Virus record (IMG/VR): IMGVR_UViG_3300031998_000047
Length of the DNA: 64,000 nt
DNA from: an uncultured virus (IMG/VR IMGVR_UViG_3300031998_000047)
Lineage: Duplodnaviria; Heunggongvirae; Uroviricota; Caudoviricetes
Strand: one strand, 5' to 3'
Part shown: positions 29,221 through 41,146 of the stretch, piece after piece
Numbering within the stretch: the first letter of the stretch is position 1
Layout: each line of letters begins with the position of its first letter
The notes under the pieces: model-generated
Seen by the model: the letters and a program-made list of their open reading frames with translations, nothing else
Databases searched by the model: none
What the model was told of the DNA's origin: nothing
Translations under genes and position numbers: made by a program

Positions 29221-30120
29221 CTAAATATCAAGCGCAAGTGTTTGCTCTTGTGCCATTTTGCGCTGATAATACCTGCTTTCCTGCATGGCAAACATATCGG
29301 GTTGGATATAATTCTGCATGGCATCGCGGGCATCCACATAGAAACGCTTTGAAATCTCGAGGCCGTATGCCTTACGCCCAAGGTTGGCTGCTGCAATCAA
29401 TGTGCTGCCGCTGCCTGCGCACGGGTCTATAACGACATCATCGGGGTCTGTGAAAAGCTCTACCAATCGCTGTAAAAGCGGAATCGGTTTTTGCGTTTCG
29501 TGAATACGCGGCATACCCAAGTCGCGCTGCCAGTCCATGCAGTTGAAAACCATTGTTCCGTTATTGTTGAACTTTGGCAGCTTATCACGGTAAAGGACGA
29601 GGCCGTACTCGCAATTTCCTACAATCTTCATGTTTGCCTTCAAGACCTGCGCCGAATAATTTTTACGGAAAACCAAATTGATATAGTGATTGAATCCGTA
29701 ACGCTTACCAAGCTCTATAAGATAGAACTGCTGCATGAACTCGCAGAACACAATCATGCAAGGCGCACTTGTCTTTGTGCGGTCGTTTTCGTCGGCCTTT
29801 CCTTTTTGTTCGGGCTTTAGCATCTGCGCGGCAAAGTGCATGAACTCCGCAGGCTTGAAATTCTCGTCTGTCACAAAGAAAGTTTCGCCAGCCTTGTCGC
29901 TTTCGCCGTTCTTGTTATCACCGTCAATATACCAACTGGGATTACTGCCGTAAGCCTTGTCGCCCAACGAATACGGAATATCCGTTAAAATAAGTTGGGC
30001 TTTCGGTAATCCGAGCTTCTTAAAATCTTGGAATGAACTATTGAACAATCCCACGCGGTTGTTAAGCATCCTAAATTCGGGGTTATCCACTACGGTAACA
30101 TCACGTTTGTCGAGTTTCAT
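29221..30120 (-). CDS. Orphan DNA N6-adenine/N4-cytosine methyltransferase (beta class)
   Basis: TDIPY (motif IV variant) precedes HETQKP and DPCAGSGST (motif I); likely start MKLDKR. Confidence 0.85.
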   Translation of the reverse strand: MKLDKRDVTVVDNPEFRMLNNRVGLFNSSFQDFKKLGLPKAQLILTDIPYSLGDKAYGSNPSWYIDGDNKNGESDKAGETFFVTDENFKPAEFMHFAAQMLKPEQKGKADENDRTKTSAPCMIVFCEFMQQFYLIELGKRYGFNHYINLVFRKNYSAQVLKANMKIVGNCEYGLVLYRDKLPKFNNNGTMVFNCMDWQRDLGMPRIHETQKPIPLLQRLVELFTDPDDVVIDPCAGSGSTLIAAANLGRKAYGLEISKRFYVDARDAMQNYIQPDMFAMQESRYYQRKMAQEQTLALDI

Positions 30121-30526
30121 AATCTTTCTTATTATGTATGAGTAAATAAATTCCTTTGAAAGCAAGAAAGCCGCTTGTAATATTGTTCAATATGGCAAAC
30201 AACAATGCGGCCTCCTCGCTTATTTCTGTAGCAGCAAAATAACTTCTTTCGTAAAGATTAATGCAAAGGTAGATTATTGCAAGCTTATTCCAATAGCACG
30301 TTTTGATGGCTACTGATATTGTAAGCATCACGACCAAAGAAAGTAAATCGTATTCAAAGTATTCTGCAACAAAGAAAGATATAGGCGTTTCTATGAAAGA
30401 AATATCACCGTAAACAATGATATTGCCGTATAGTGATTCTGTGTAGCTGATACAAACGATAAAGCAAAGAACAAATGGCAGTATCTTTCCTATTCGGATA
30501 AGCAACCGCCTGAATGAATTTATCAT
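30101..30526 (-). CDS. Multi-pass membrane protein
   Basis: About four hydrophobic segments. Confidence 0.5.
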   Translation of the reverse strand: MINSFRRLLIRIGKILPFVLCFIVCISYTESLYGNIIVYGDISFIETPISFFVAEYFEYDLLSLVVMLTISVAIKTCYWNKLAIIYLCINLYERSYFAATEISEEAALLFAILNNITSGFLAFKGIYLLIHNKKDYETRQT

Positions 30527-30669
30527 TTTCTCCTTGCTTTTACCCTAAACACGACTCCGTTGGTACGTGGTATTTGCGTAGGCATGGTATATGAGGCGGC
30601 TTTCGAGGCTTTTGGGCGCAATTTTGCCGTTTCCTTGATAACTACCTTGCGTTTCTTTGGTGCAGCCAT
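30523..30669 (-). CDS. Small basic peptide (48 aa)
   Basis: MAAPKKRKVVIKETAKLRPKASK...KARRK; its stop overlaps the next ATG (ATGA). Confidence 0.45.
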   Translation of the reverse strand: MAAPKKRKVVIKETAKLRPKASKAASYTMPTQIPRTNGVVFRVKARRK

Positions 30670-30676
30670 ACCGCAT

Positions 30677-30847
30677 CTATTTTATCGGGTATTTTACGAG
30701 TATGCCTTTGTATTGTCCGCGCTTAAACTCCTGCGTTTCCCACATGCCAGCCTTAATCTGATTATAGACCGTCTGCGATGTAACGCCAAGTTTCTTTGCC
30801 ACATCGGACACACTTAGCATTTCGTATTGTTCGTTAGTTTGCGTCAT
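30677..30847 (-). CDS. Excisionase/MerR-like HTH protein
   Basis: LSVSDVAKKLGVTSQTVYNQIKAG. Confidence 0.7.
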   Translation of the reverse strand: MTQTNEQYEMLSVSDVAKKLGVTSQTVYNQIKAGMWETQEFKRGQYKGILVKYPIK

Positions 30848-30851
30848 GGCT

Positions 30852-31511
30852 TTACTCCTCCATAGCTTTTTCAGACTGATGCGCCGCTGCCGCCTCAATG
30901 TTTTCCTGCATCATCTCCTCGTCGGTTTTCTTCTTGAAGATTGTGCGCTTATCCATACCCTCGGTGTAAGCCTTAACCTCCTGCATAACAGCTTCGATGA
31001 AGTCAAGGTTAGTCATATCGTTAATCTTCTCCGACATGATAACCTTGTTACGGGCAATATTGTGGAGGTAGGACTCGTAAACGAGGAACGACTCTGCCTC
31101 TGATTCTCCGATGCCGTACAGCGGATGAAAAATGTTATTGAACCAAAGGTCGATGTACCAAGCGACTTGAAATTCCTTTTGGTCTTCCTTTTCCTTGAGG
31201 ATTCCAAGCAGCTTGCCGTAGGAACGGGTAATGTTACCCTTTGCATCCTTGATGGTGCAGTCGTTGGCGAGCGCAATCTCAATGAAACGCTTTGTGTAAA
31301 GATACGGGCGCGAAACGCCTTGTGCCGTAAAGTTCGTGAACACATGCTTATGGAATCCCGTAGAGATAACGGCGAAATCCGATGTTACCTCAAGGCGTAA
31401 GCCCTTATCATCGAAATACACACCCATGTAGTCCTTGTCTTTCGGTACAAGCACAAGCGCATTGCGCATACGGCGTTCGAGGTCGCCTTTTGTTACTGAA
31501 TTGTTTCCCAT
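30852..31511 (-). CDS. Hypothetical protein
   Basis: 219 aa, phage-like codon usage. Confidence 0.6.
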   Translation of the reverse strand: MGNNSVTKGDLERRMRNALVLVPKDKDYMGVYFDDKGLRLEVTSDFAVISTGFHKHVFTNFTAQGVSRPYLYTKRFIEIALANDCTIKDAKGNITRSYGKLLGILKEKEDQKEFQVAWYIDLWFNNIFHPLYGIGESEAESFLVYESYLHNIARNKVIMSEKINDMTNLDFIEAVMQEVKAYTEGMDKRTIFKKKTDEEMMQENIEAAAAHQSEKAMEE

Positions 31512-31678
31512 ACTAAAAAATGTTTCTTTTTTCTTCTATGTTTTTTATTCTTGATTCTATCTGTTGAATTGCGTTAGGTAAGGACGCGGTCTGGTAATCC
31601 TCGGCCACGTCCTTTAGTATAGCAAGCTGGGATTTAAGTTTGTGGTATTCGTAATCAGAACTTACCCGTTACCAGCCC

Positions 31679-32392
31679 TTACTCACCGTTACCGTTCTCA
31701 TCATCACCGCCAGCGGCAGGCTCTTGTGTGTCGCCGCCTTGCTCATCCTGCGTGTCCTCGGTTTTGTCTTCGGGCGCATCCGTGTTAGCTGGCTCTTGGT
31801 GTTCGGTTTCTGTTTCGGTTTCAGCGTTAGCGTCATCTTGTGCTCCAGCAGGTGCATCATCAACGCCAGCAGCCTTGCGCTGTTCCATGTAGATAACAAG
31901 CAGGCGGTTGAGTATGGTTTCGTGCTTCTTGGGAACTTGGCCGCGAATACCGTTTTTCTGATTGTATGCGGCAATAAAGGCGATAGCCTCCTCGTCGTTG
32001 GTGATGTTATCGAAATAGTATGGGTTATCGGGCAAATCAATATTCGCCTTAGTACCATCGTTCTCGATTTCAGCGGCCTCGTTAGCAAGTTCCGCAGCCT
32101 TTTTCTTTGACTCTTCGTCAAGGTCTGCATCCTCTACATTGGTTTCCATGTAATCGGGAACGACAAACACCTTTTCGATGCCATAGAAAGGCTCTTGGCC
32201 GAACACCTTGGTAATGCTGGGCTCTTTCTCCTTTTTGGGATTAAAGCGGGCAACGGCGTAGGCGGTTTCATTAAACGCGAGCTTGATGATAGCAACGCCT
32301 TTGTCAAATGCGCTTTTGCCATCCCATTCTTTCTTGGGCAAAGACGGAAGGTTAAGATATGCGCAAACCTCTTTTTCAAACTTGATATTCAT
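31679..32392 (-). CDS. Hypothetical protein with acidic disordered tail
   Basis: 237 aa; preceded by a TATCTTTG promoter element at 32433-32426. Confidence 0.6.
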   Translation of the reverse strand: MNIKFEKEVCAYLNLPSLPKKEWDGKSAFDKGVAIIKLAFNETAYAVARFNPKKEKEPSITKVFGQEPFYGIEKVFVVPDYMETNVEDADLDEESKKKAAELANEAAEIENDGTKANIDLPDNPYYFDNITNDEEAIAFIAAYNQKNGIRGQVPKKHETILNRLLVIYMEQRKAAGVDDAPAGAQDDANAETETETEHQEPANTDAPEDKTEDTQDEQGGDTQEPAAGGDDENGNGE

Positions 32393-32721
32393 ATTGTAAC
32401 GTTTTTAATGAATTAAACAACGGTGCAAAGATACGAACAAATTTTAAATATTCCAAGTTTACGAATATAAATTAACGTTTTTTTTACTTTATACCCAAGT
32501 GTTCTTTGAATATCTTGATACGTTCCAAGCCATCTTTTGTAGGATTACCCTCTTTGTCGCAAGGGACAAATATTTGATTACGTTCGTTTATCTTTATCCA
32601 CCGCCAGCCTTTTCTTTTGGCTTTTGATTCCATACGTTTTGCACGTTCCAACGCTATACGGTCTTTTTCGGTCACTACGCCTTTTTCGTGAACCCAATTT
32701 GTTAGTGGTGCTGCCATAATG

Positions 32722-33477
32722 TTACTTTGTTACTTTTGTTAAACGTCCAACGGTTTCATTTGCCTTGTAAGCCTTGTATGGGGTGATTTCTGTTTTGCGC
32801 TCCATATAATCGCGCACCATACTTGCGGTATAGATATTTGTTGTATCATCAGCCGACAAACGCTTTGCAACCATCATAGCGGATGCCTTATCCATGTTAT
32901 CCTCGACGGTAGTCTGCTTGTGCTCCAAAACATCGTACTTTGTAACACACCATGTTTCATCCGATTCGCCAACCGTTTCTCCGTCAAGTACCGTCTTTCT
33001 GAAAGTGTACTGCTTATCGTCAACATCCATGCGTATAGCAACATCAAGGCCGTTATCATCAACCCTTTGTTTGTCGCCAAGTTCCCATTGGTACGGCAGT
33101 TGCGCCCATTCCATAATACGGCGATAAAGCACCTCCGTTTCTTCATTCACCTCCCTGCCTGCACCACCATGTGCATAGTAGTCAGTCCAAAAGTTGATGA
33201 ATTTTGTAAACGCTTTCTCAAAATTATTCATTTCGCGGTTTATCTCGTTTTTGCGCCCGCCAAATTCAGATAGCAGGTAGTCTACACCGCCATAGATGCG
33301 ATATGCGGCCATAATGCTTGCATGTGATGCGCAAAGCAGATTGGATATGCGTGTAAAGAAACCCAACTCCTTTGCCTTTTCAAAGTCGAGGCCGCGCACG
33401 CCTGCTGTGCGTAGTTTTTTCTGAATATCGTCCGATACGACAGAAGCCTCGCTAAGTTCAATTATTCCTTGCTCCAT
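32722..33477 (-). CDS. Hypothetical protein
   Basis: 251 aa. Confidence 0.55.
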   Translation of the reverse strand: MEQGIIELSEASVVSDDIQKKLRTAGVRGLDFEKAKELGFFTRISNLLCASHASIMAAYRIYGGVDYLLSEFGGRKNEINREMNNFEKAFTKFINFWTDYYAHGGAGREVNEETEVLYRRIMEWAQLPYQWELGDKQRVDDNGLDVAIRMDVDDKQYTFRKTVLDGETVGESDETWCVTKYDVLEHKQTTVEDNMDKASAMMVAKRLSADDTTNIYTASMVRDYMERKTEITPYKAYKANETVGRLTKVTK

Positions 33478-33731
33478 TTTTCTATTTTCTTGTATAGTTT
33501 AACTAAACGTTTCCAAATCGCTTTAAGTGTAAGTTCAACACATACGTAATAGATGATTACGATGGCGCATACAACATTTGCGGCTGGCATAAACACCCAT
33601 TCTCCTGTATAGCTGCCCTTCTTGAAAGGATTATCCTTATTATGCAAAAAAGCAAATGCAACGCACACGATAGTCGGCAGCAGATAGCCAACCAAATAGA
33701 TAAGTGTTAAATTCTTAATCTGTTCCATATA

Positions 33732-34379
33732 TTACAAGTTTTCGTAAAGCAATGTTAGATGATTCTTTTTCACGTCTGGCATTTTATCAAAGAACTCGCC
33801 AAGTTCGGCAAAGAATCCTTTGCTAAACTGCTGGAGGTTAAACGGCCTGCAAATAAGGTGAACACCAGATTTCGTTGGCATCGAATATATGACGTTTTTC
33901 GGATAATGTGAATCCATTTTGTCTATATAACCCCACAACGCATAAAGTGCGTTACCATTTTCCATATTGTCAATATCAACAACCCACAAATTGTTTTCGC
34001 GGCACGAATACTTTCCAGAGCATGATTCAAAGATATTGTAGAATTTCTTGTAATCATGTGCTGCGATTCGCCTTGCGGACTCGGCCAGCGTATCTAAGGC
34101 AACCTGCGACATAAGTTTGTAATTGACGGAGCAATAAGCACGCAAATGCAATAATTCGCAGATGTTCTTGATTTCTTCTTTGTAGCGTTCAAGGTCGCGC
34201 CAAGAATAGATGTAGTAGTTTCTGAAATGATAATTGGCAGCAGGCATATCTGGATTATCCTTACCGCGCCGCATAAGTTCGATAACATAATACTTGTCAA
34301 GATTACCTTTCTCGTTTGTTTCTGGCAATCCACCGTTTATGTTAATCAGTTCTTTGTAGTTGTCGAAATTGTCTGTCAT
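33732..34379 (-). CDS. Archaeo-eukaryotic primase-like (AEP fold) protein
   Basis: WVVDID (hhhDhD) and TKSGVHLI (sxH) motifs. Confidence 0.5.
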   Translation of the reverse strand: MTDNFDNYKELININGGLPETNEKGNLDKYYVIELMRRGKDNPDMPAANYHFRNYYIYSWRDLERYKEEIKNICELLHLRAYCSVNYKLMSQVALDTLAESARRIAAHDYKKFYNIFESCSGKYSCRENNLWVVDIDNMENGNALYALWGYIDKMDSHYPKNVIYSMPTKSGVHLICRPFNLQQFSKGFFAELGEFFDKMPDVKKNHLTLLYENL

Positions 34380-34381
34380 AG

Positions 34382-34885
34382 TTATAACTTTTTTATTATA
34401 TCAATACTACGGATTCCATTGTAACCGATAAGCCGTGAATAAGGATAGTTCTTAACTTTCGCATATTCTGGCTGCGGGTCAAACACCACGTTAAAGTTAA
34501 TGTCACAAAGCACGCTATGCAAATGGTCAATCGGGTGTTCATTCGGATTGGTGTACTTGGGCGAATAAACCGAAGCCATAAACAAGCCATTTATACCCAT
34601 GTCTGGTGTAATTGCTTTGAATGTGCTTGGGATATGCGCACCTTTGTTTTTGAACACGTTAGCCGTTGGATTTTCAAGAAACATAACCTTGGGATTCCAA
34701 AGTTCAAACCCAGTTAGGTCATAGCCGTGTTCTTCGAACGTCTTTTGCGCCTCTATATACCATTGGTCGCCTAAGTCAACATAGTTAGGCACATCGTCGT
34801 AATCAAGCCCTAAAAGCGTACAAATTGCACACTTGAAACAATCCCCGTGTCTTGGGTCATCAATTCTTTGATATACTTTTTTCAT
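34382..34885 (-). CDS. Papain-like/peptidase C39-like hypothetical protein
   Basis: Q....GDC..CA...LL, H.V and VFDP motifs. Confidence 0.35.
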   Translation of the reverse strand: MKKVYQRIDDPRHGDCFKCAICTLLGLDYDDVPNYVDLGDQWYIEAQKTFEEHGYDLTGFELWNPKVMFLENPTANVFKNKGAHIPSTFKAITPDMGINGLFMASVYSPKYTNPNEHPIDHLHSVLCDINFNVVFDPQPEYAKVKNYPYSRLIGYNGIRSIDIIKKL

Positions 34886-35159
34886 AATTCAATCTATTAT
34901 TAATCCTTCTTCATCAATATACGTATCTAACGCTTCTTCGCAATAGTTACCCTCGCAACTACCTATACGCGGCTTGTCAACCTCGTTGTTAGTCCAAGGG
35001 CAATACGGACACAAGTCCTCACAAAGACGGTTTTTTAACTCTTCTCTTGTCATAATACAAACTTTAGTGTTTCTTCTTTTTCGTCAGTTCCAAATCTTTC
35101 TCTGCCTTACTCATAGTTCTATTTTCTTTACTTTTGTATTCAAAAAAATGTAGAATTTG

Positions 35160-38100
35160 CTACCGCTCATTAACAGCACCGCCATATACAACCTTCATCT
35201 TTGGCTTTCTACGCGGTTTGTCAACGAACTTGTAATGCACCCAGTAATCTTCGTCCTCATACCAATCTTGGTCGAATGGTACGAGGTGAAACATTTCGCC
35301 CTCGAAGTCCACACCGATAAGCATACACTCTACGTCATGGTCTGGGTGCTTCGTATGCCATATCATCGTTTCTGAGTGGCGATAGTGGTAGTTGGCGAAT
35401 TGATTCTGGGTCATTTTGTCAGTCCTCCTTAATTACGATTACTTTAACTTTAGAACCTATAAGATAGTTACATGCTGGTAATCTAAAAGAAAACAACGCA
35501 GCACCTTGGAATCCAAAGCAGTCAGCATCTACCGCCTTTGCCATCATCTGCTCTTCCCGCCACTGAGCACCAGCCTTGAAAAAACTTACAAATTCTCTAT
35601 GCAATGCCAATTCTTGTGGCATAAGCGGTTTGTTTTTGTCATAATATGCCCAAGCTGCCTCGTCCAACTCCTCACTTACAGGCTCTTTCCAATTCTTTCC
35701 AATTCTTACAAGATTGGAAAGATTATACAAGTCTTCAAGATAGCACCATCGTGTTATGTCTGAAATTGAAATGCGGTCTCTTTTGTCTTTATACACTTCT
35801 GCGACACAACCACCATCAACAGATTTCTGTTCTATCTTATATCCTGTTGGATGTGGATATACTTTCGTAACAAACGCTTTCTCTTTCTTGTTGTAAAGAA
35901 CTGGTTCGTAGTGCAGGTAATGACCAACGGATTCCGCGCAACCATAAAAAATAAGACAATGGCTAATGTCGTCAGGCTCTTCACTTGCGTCATGCCAAAT
36001 GCTTACAGGCTCTTCTTGTGCTTCTTTCACCCATTTTATAGGTTCATCATTCCTAAAACTAATGATGTCCTTTTTAGTGTCATTATTTCCAAATAATATT
36101 TGGTTTTGGCTAATAACACCAAAGCAAACTTGCGCATCGCCGCCTTCTCGTTTAAATAGTTCTGCTAATTCATTATACGTCATACTCATTACGCCATTCT
36201 CCTTTCTTTAACTCTTTTAATTTGTTTTCACCCCAGATACCGACAAATATAGTACTTACTATTACTATAAAGTTGCTACAAAATGCCAAAGCACACAGAG
36301 TATCAAACGTTTCTTTTGATACAATTGAATGTAATATGCAAAGTGTCACTGTTGTTATTGATGCCATTGCGATTACATATATCCATGCTACATTTTTATA
36401 AAACCATTTTTTCATGCTTATTCTCCTTTCTGTGCTTTAAGTTGTTCTAATACCCAAGATAATGCTTTAATTTGGCCTACATTCATGCCATGATTAAAAG
36501 AATGTTTGCCTTCTCTTACATACTTGACGTTCTCAGCACCAAGTAGTACAAGTTTCTCGGCTATCTGCTTTGCAAGGTCTGTCTTGTACTGACTCTTTGT
36601 ATAGTCAATAACATCTTGTAGTTCCATATTTCTATTCTCCTTTCTTTACTTGATTCCTTACCCATTCCATTTCTTTGGTGAGGTCGATGTGGTAGTCCTG
36701 CTCAACCCTCTTTAGGTTGATAATGATTTCCTCTGCCATACCTCTGTCTGCTGCGGTAATAGGATTGTTTACAGAAAGACCAAGTTCAAAGAAATGTTTG
36801 GCAGTACGTCTTAAACTTAGTTTGTGACCTATTTTTGCTTTTTCAAAATTAGCGTCTATAAACTGAGATATTTCTTTCCCCAAATCCACCTCTTTCACTT
36901 CAAGGGTGTTGATGATGTCAAGTATGGCTATACGTTCGCTATCTTGTCCTTCTTCCCATTCGTCATAATGCTTATCTCTAATTACTGGCAGTAAGCGTTT
37001 TCTAATCTCAGCTACTAAAGCGTCTTTGTCAATGTATTGTGCCATAATCAATCTAATAAAAACATTATTTCTTTCTTAAACTTTTCGATAAATTCAGTCT
37101 GAGTAATTATACCAAGTGCTGGAATAGACTCTACATGATGTGCTGATGGTGTTTCTACCTCAGATACAGTTTGCAAATTGTCTGACATCCAATTTGCAAC
37201 CGCCTCGATAAAGGCATCTGTGCGGGTGTATTCAATGTCATCATCCGTTATAGGATGGTTTTCTCTTATATCACCGTATGGTGCATAATACAATTTCCCT
37301 GGTGCTTCGTTTGATTTCATAACTTTATAATGCTTTTAGTTCTTCCAATTCATCTTTAAAATAAAACCACGGATTGCAATGAGAAATATCCTCATGATAA
37401 AATGATTTTGCTTTTCTCTTTGCTCTTCTCCACGCTTTATTGTATCTGTGTTGCCATAACCAGTGAAAATATTTCTTTTTGATTTTGTTCATAATGCTTT
37501 AAGTTGTTCATATAAAGTATAAAGAGGGTCTAACCCATCCAAATCAAAATGTTCATCGCAGGCATACTTTAGACATTTAAGTTGTATTTCTGTAGGCTTC
37601 CACCTGTTCTGAGGACGCAGGGATTTGAGCCAATTAATTGTATCCGTAATGTCGATACAATCAGAACTAAAAGTAGTATGTCCATGTATATCTCTCTTGG
37701 CTGATAATCCTCTGATAAGTCCATGAACAAATATTTCATCCTCTTCACTCCAAGCAGGCTTCTCATTCTTTAACTGTTTGCGGGCTATCGAAAAAAGCAA
37801 TTCAGCCGACTTTTTTATTCTTTCTTCTGACACAAGATTCCTGTCAGGGAGTCCATCATTTAGCATAGTACCAAGAGCATTTATAAACTCTTCGCTTACT
37901 TGCTCTTCTTGCACCTCTTCACTCCAAGAAGATTTCTGCTCACCTTGCTTTTCAAGCCAAGCAATAAATTTATCTCTATCGGGAATAGATTCAGTACAAA
38001 ATTGTATATGTTTAAGTATTGCTTTCCTTATCCTCTCATCCTCTGACTCTGCAAGTTCGGGGAAAGCATTCTTTAAATCTTCAAGTCGGACAATAATATG

Positions 38101-39023
38101 TCCTTGTCTTTTTGCATTGTCGAGAAGTCCTTGCATCTTGCTAAGAAAATCCTCAAACTTTTCTTTGTAGTCCATACTAAAGTCTATGAAAATATTGAAA
38201 TTCTAAAATTCTACCAAATAACACTATATGAAAATAAAACATATCTACCGAATTGAACCATTTAAACTGGTTTCTTATCTCGACATCCTTATACCAATTT
38301 ATCTGCATTTTTCTACCTATGATGAGGGCTTTTCTACCTGATAGGTATTCTTCAATATGCCACCATCTTTTATCTGCTCTTGCTTTCCCGTTCATAATTC
38401 CACCTCCTCTCCAAAATTTTCTAATGCTTTTTGAAGGGAGATTTCACCGAAACATCCACTCTTCCATTTATTGACAAAGTTATAGATGTTCCACGCATAG
38501 TCTTCGTCAAGCACACCAAATGGATTATAGTCAGACCACTTTGAGCCTGCTATAAAGCCATCATACAAGTCATTGTAACTGCCTCCTAAGTCGCCTTTTT
38601 TGGCAAACTCTACGGCTGCTTTCTCTCTATCACCTCTTTTCCTTTTCATAATCACAGCATTTTAAGTTCGTGTAGCTTTAATATCATTTCGTAGCAAGCA
38701 TCAATAGGATTGTCTGCATAGATTTCGTTGTATTGGTTCCAGCAACAGTAATTTAGTGCATTGATAGGTTTAGGAGTACTTATATTAGTTCCTTTTGGTA
38801 AAATACCAAGCAATGCTGCAAGACTCCAACAGGCGATTCTATCATAAGTATGACTATATGCTGAATTATCTACTTCGGAATCATCTTTTATAAATGGTAC
38901 AACCCCTACCAAGGTGCCAGTTTCCTTTATTGTTAGATACTCCATATCCGCACTTTCATGTGGCAGTATCTTACTCAAAGTCTTACTCTGAGAAAGGTCG
39001 GTGTGACTTTTTATTGTTACCAT
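35160..39023 (-). other. Array of small accessory ORFs sharing short modules
   Basis: ORFs at 35160, 35419, 36173, 36418, 36632, 37048, 37489, 38177, 38392 and 38652; recurrent EPVS, WSEE and YID.D.L.AEI motifs. Confidence 0.6.
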
Positions 39024-39291
39024 AGTTTTTCGTTTTTATTCTTTATTACTTGATAAATCAATTACAAGTGTTCTTTGTCCGTTGTCGCCACAAGGATAGC
39101 CTCGTTGCTTTAACCGTTCTTCTTGTACCTCAAACATCAAGTCAAAGACCCTTTTTTGCTCTTTAAGAAATTGTTTTTCTTGTTTATTTGTCATAATATT
39201 CCTAAATAATATAGTGCAACTATAACTTTAAGTATTATAGCAATAACAAAAAGTGTTTCAAGAACAATCCATATCACAAAACCATTAAAGA

Positions 39292-39708
39292 TTATTTTTC
39301 ATTTTCTTCTTTCTGTTTTGTTTTCTGATAATTCTGTTTCTTAGTATTACCTACGATGATAATAGTATCACCGCCAAGAGCCTGCTCTATCTTGTAAAGC
39401 TCATAACCGATGCTGTCGCGCTGTGCCTCCGCCGTTTTAGCCTTCACGCTGAAACGAATGTAATTGAACATAAGTACAACCGAAAGGATAACGCAAAGTG
39501 CAGCAAGCGAGTGAACGGGATATTTCACCACAAACGCCCTGAAAGCCATGAAAGCGTTATACAAGAGCGTTGCGACACCTGCAAAGATGGCGTACAGAAT
39601 AGAAATAAAGCCCTTTGCAAAGCCTACAACGGCTTTTTCCATGTAAGCCCGCCAACTATTCCAGTCCGCGAACAGAAAACGCTTAGAATCGTTATTTTCC
39701 ATTTCCAT
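39292..39708 (-). CDS. Membrane protein
   Basis: Two hydrophobic segments. Confidence 0.5.
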   Translation of the reverse strand: MEMENNDSKRFLFADWNSWRAYMEKAVVGFAKGFISILYAIFAGVATLLYNAFMAFRAFVVKYPVHSLAALCVILSVVLMFNYIRFSVKAKTAEAQRDSIGYELYKIEQALGGDTIIIVGNTKKQNYQKTKQKEENEK

Positions 39709-39925
39709 TATGAATTTAGATTTTTGAATACTCCTCTGTTCCTTACGAATTGCAGGATATTAACCTTGAAATAGTCAATACCGCCATATCGGAAAGCAAT
39801 AGCCGTATCTTTGTGGAACAGATGTACAAATTTTGCATCAATAAGCACGGTGTGCTTGGGGAACTTTAAGTCCCGCTCAAGCCCACTATGCGAATGTAAT
39901 ATATCCAATCCGTGACTCATAACAC

Positions 39926-40795
39926 TTATTTGCTTTTGTTACCGTTAGCATTACCGTCACCTTGGTCGGTCACGTCCTCGGCATTATCGAAACCATCGAA
40001 TTTTTCGGCAACGGCTTGCGCTTTCGCCATATCGACCTCGTCATCATTATCAACGTAATCATACTTGTTACGTTCATACATAACGCTTTGGTCGGCTTGC
40101 ATGGCATCCTTTAGTTCAACGGACAAAGGAGCATTCTTTGAAATGTTCAACTTTGTAACCGTCTTTAATGCCATCATGTCGAAATCGGTAGTCCATTTGG
40201 ATGCGTTACGGATATAGTCTTTCTTTGACGCATACGTTTGCGAATAACGCTTTGCATGTGCCTCAACCTCAGCTTTAGACATATAGAATACCGATTCGTA
40301 GCCGTTAAGCAATCGGAAATGTGACACGTAGCCGACAATAGGTAACTTTGCACGTTCCTCGTCGTTTTCCACGAACTTGAACTTCAATTCACCCGAAAGA
40401 CGGTCACGGCCAAGCAACTCGCCTTCGCGGATTTCCGTTGCATTGATTGACTTGAACATTCCGCTGCGGAGTGCCAACTGTACAAAGCCGCGCCAGCCGA
40501 TTTGGAATTGTGCAACCGTGATACCTTTTTTGTTGTCGTTATACGGGATGATATAGGCCATACCGATTGAATTGTCAAGCGGCATGTTCAACGCCGTTGC
40601 TTTCATGGCCGCAAACATCAACGTGTAAGGCTCGCAAGCCTGCAAGTTTGCATTGTTGGCCACAAGTGCAACCAAGTTGTTCACGAAAGACATCTTACGG
40701 TCGCCTAACACGTCGGCAAGATACTTTTGTGTAGATGGGCTGTTTATTGTCTGGTTGAACAATTTTAAGCCCGTAACTTTCTTTTCTTCTGCCAT
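39926..40795 (-). CDS. recT: RecT-family ssDNA annealing recombinase
   Basis: AYIIPY, AQFQIGWRGFVQLALRSG and W..DFD.MALKTV motifs. Confidence 0.9.
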   Translation of the reverse strand: MAEEKKVTGLKLFNQTINSPSTQKYLADVLGDRKMSFVNNLVALVANNANLQACEPYTLMFAAMKATALNMPLDNSIGMAYIIPYNDNKKGITVAQFQIGWRGFVQLALRSGMFKSINATEIREGELLGRDRLSGELKFKFVENDEERAKLPIVGYVSHFRLLNGYESVFYMSKAEVEAHAKRYSQTYASKKDYIRNASKWTTDFDMMALKTVTKLNISKNAPLSVELKDAMQADQSVMYERNKYDYVDNDDEVDMAKAQAVAEKFDGFDNAEDVTDQGDGNANGNKSK

Positions 40796-41146
40796 AATTA
40801 ACTTTCTTTTAATAGGTTTTACTTCTTACGCTGCTTGGCAAGTTGCTTGCGCTTACGCTTTGCCTGCCGTGCTTTGTTACTACCGATATACGCCATACCG
40901 AATCCGTCTGGATTGCCGTGCATATACCCGTTCATACCACCGATGTACTTTGCCATAATAATAATATTTTAAGTTGTTAAATGTTAATCTTCCAATGGAT
41001 GCTCACCGCCTTCAAGCCAATCAAGGCACGCTTTGATACCTTGCTCGTAAGTCATTCCAAAATACTTGCTTTCTCCAGATTCCTCGGATTCAACGCATTG
41101 GTTGTAAAGGTCTGAAATCTCTTTTTCGCTACGAACCACGTCCATG

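Noticed and set aside
29221..30120. Complete restriction-modification system
   Set aside because: No adjacent restriction endonuclease; an orphan methyltransferase is the simpler reading
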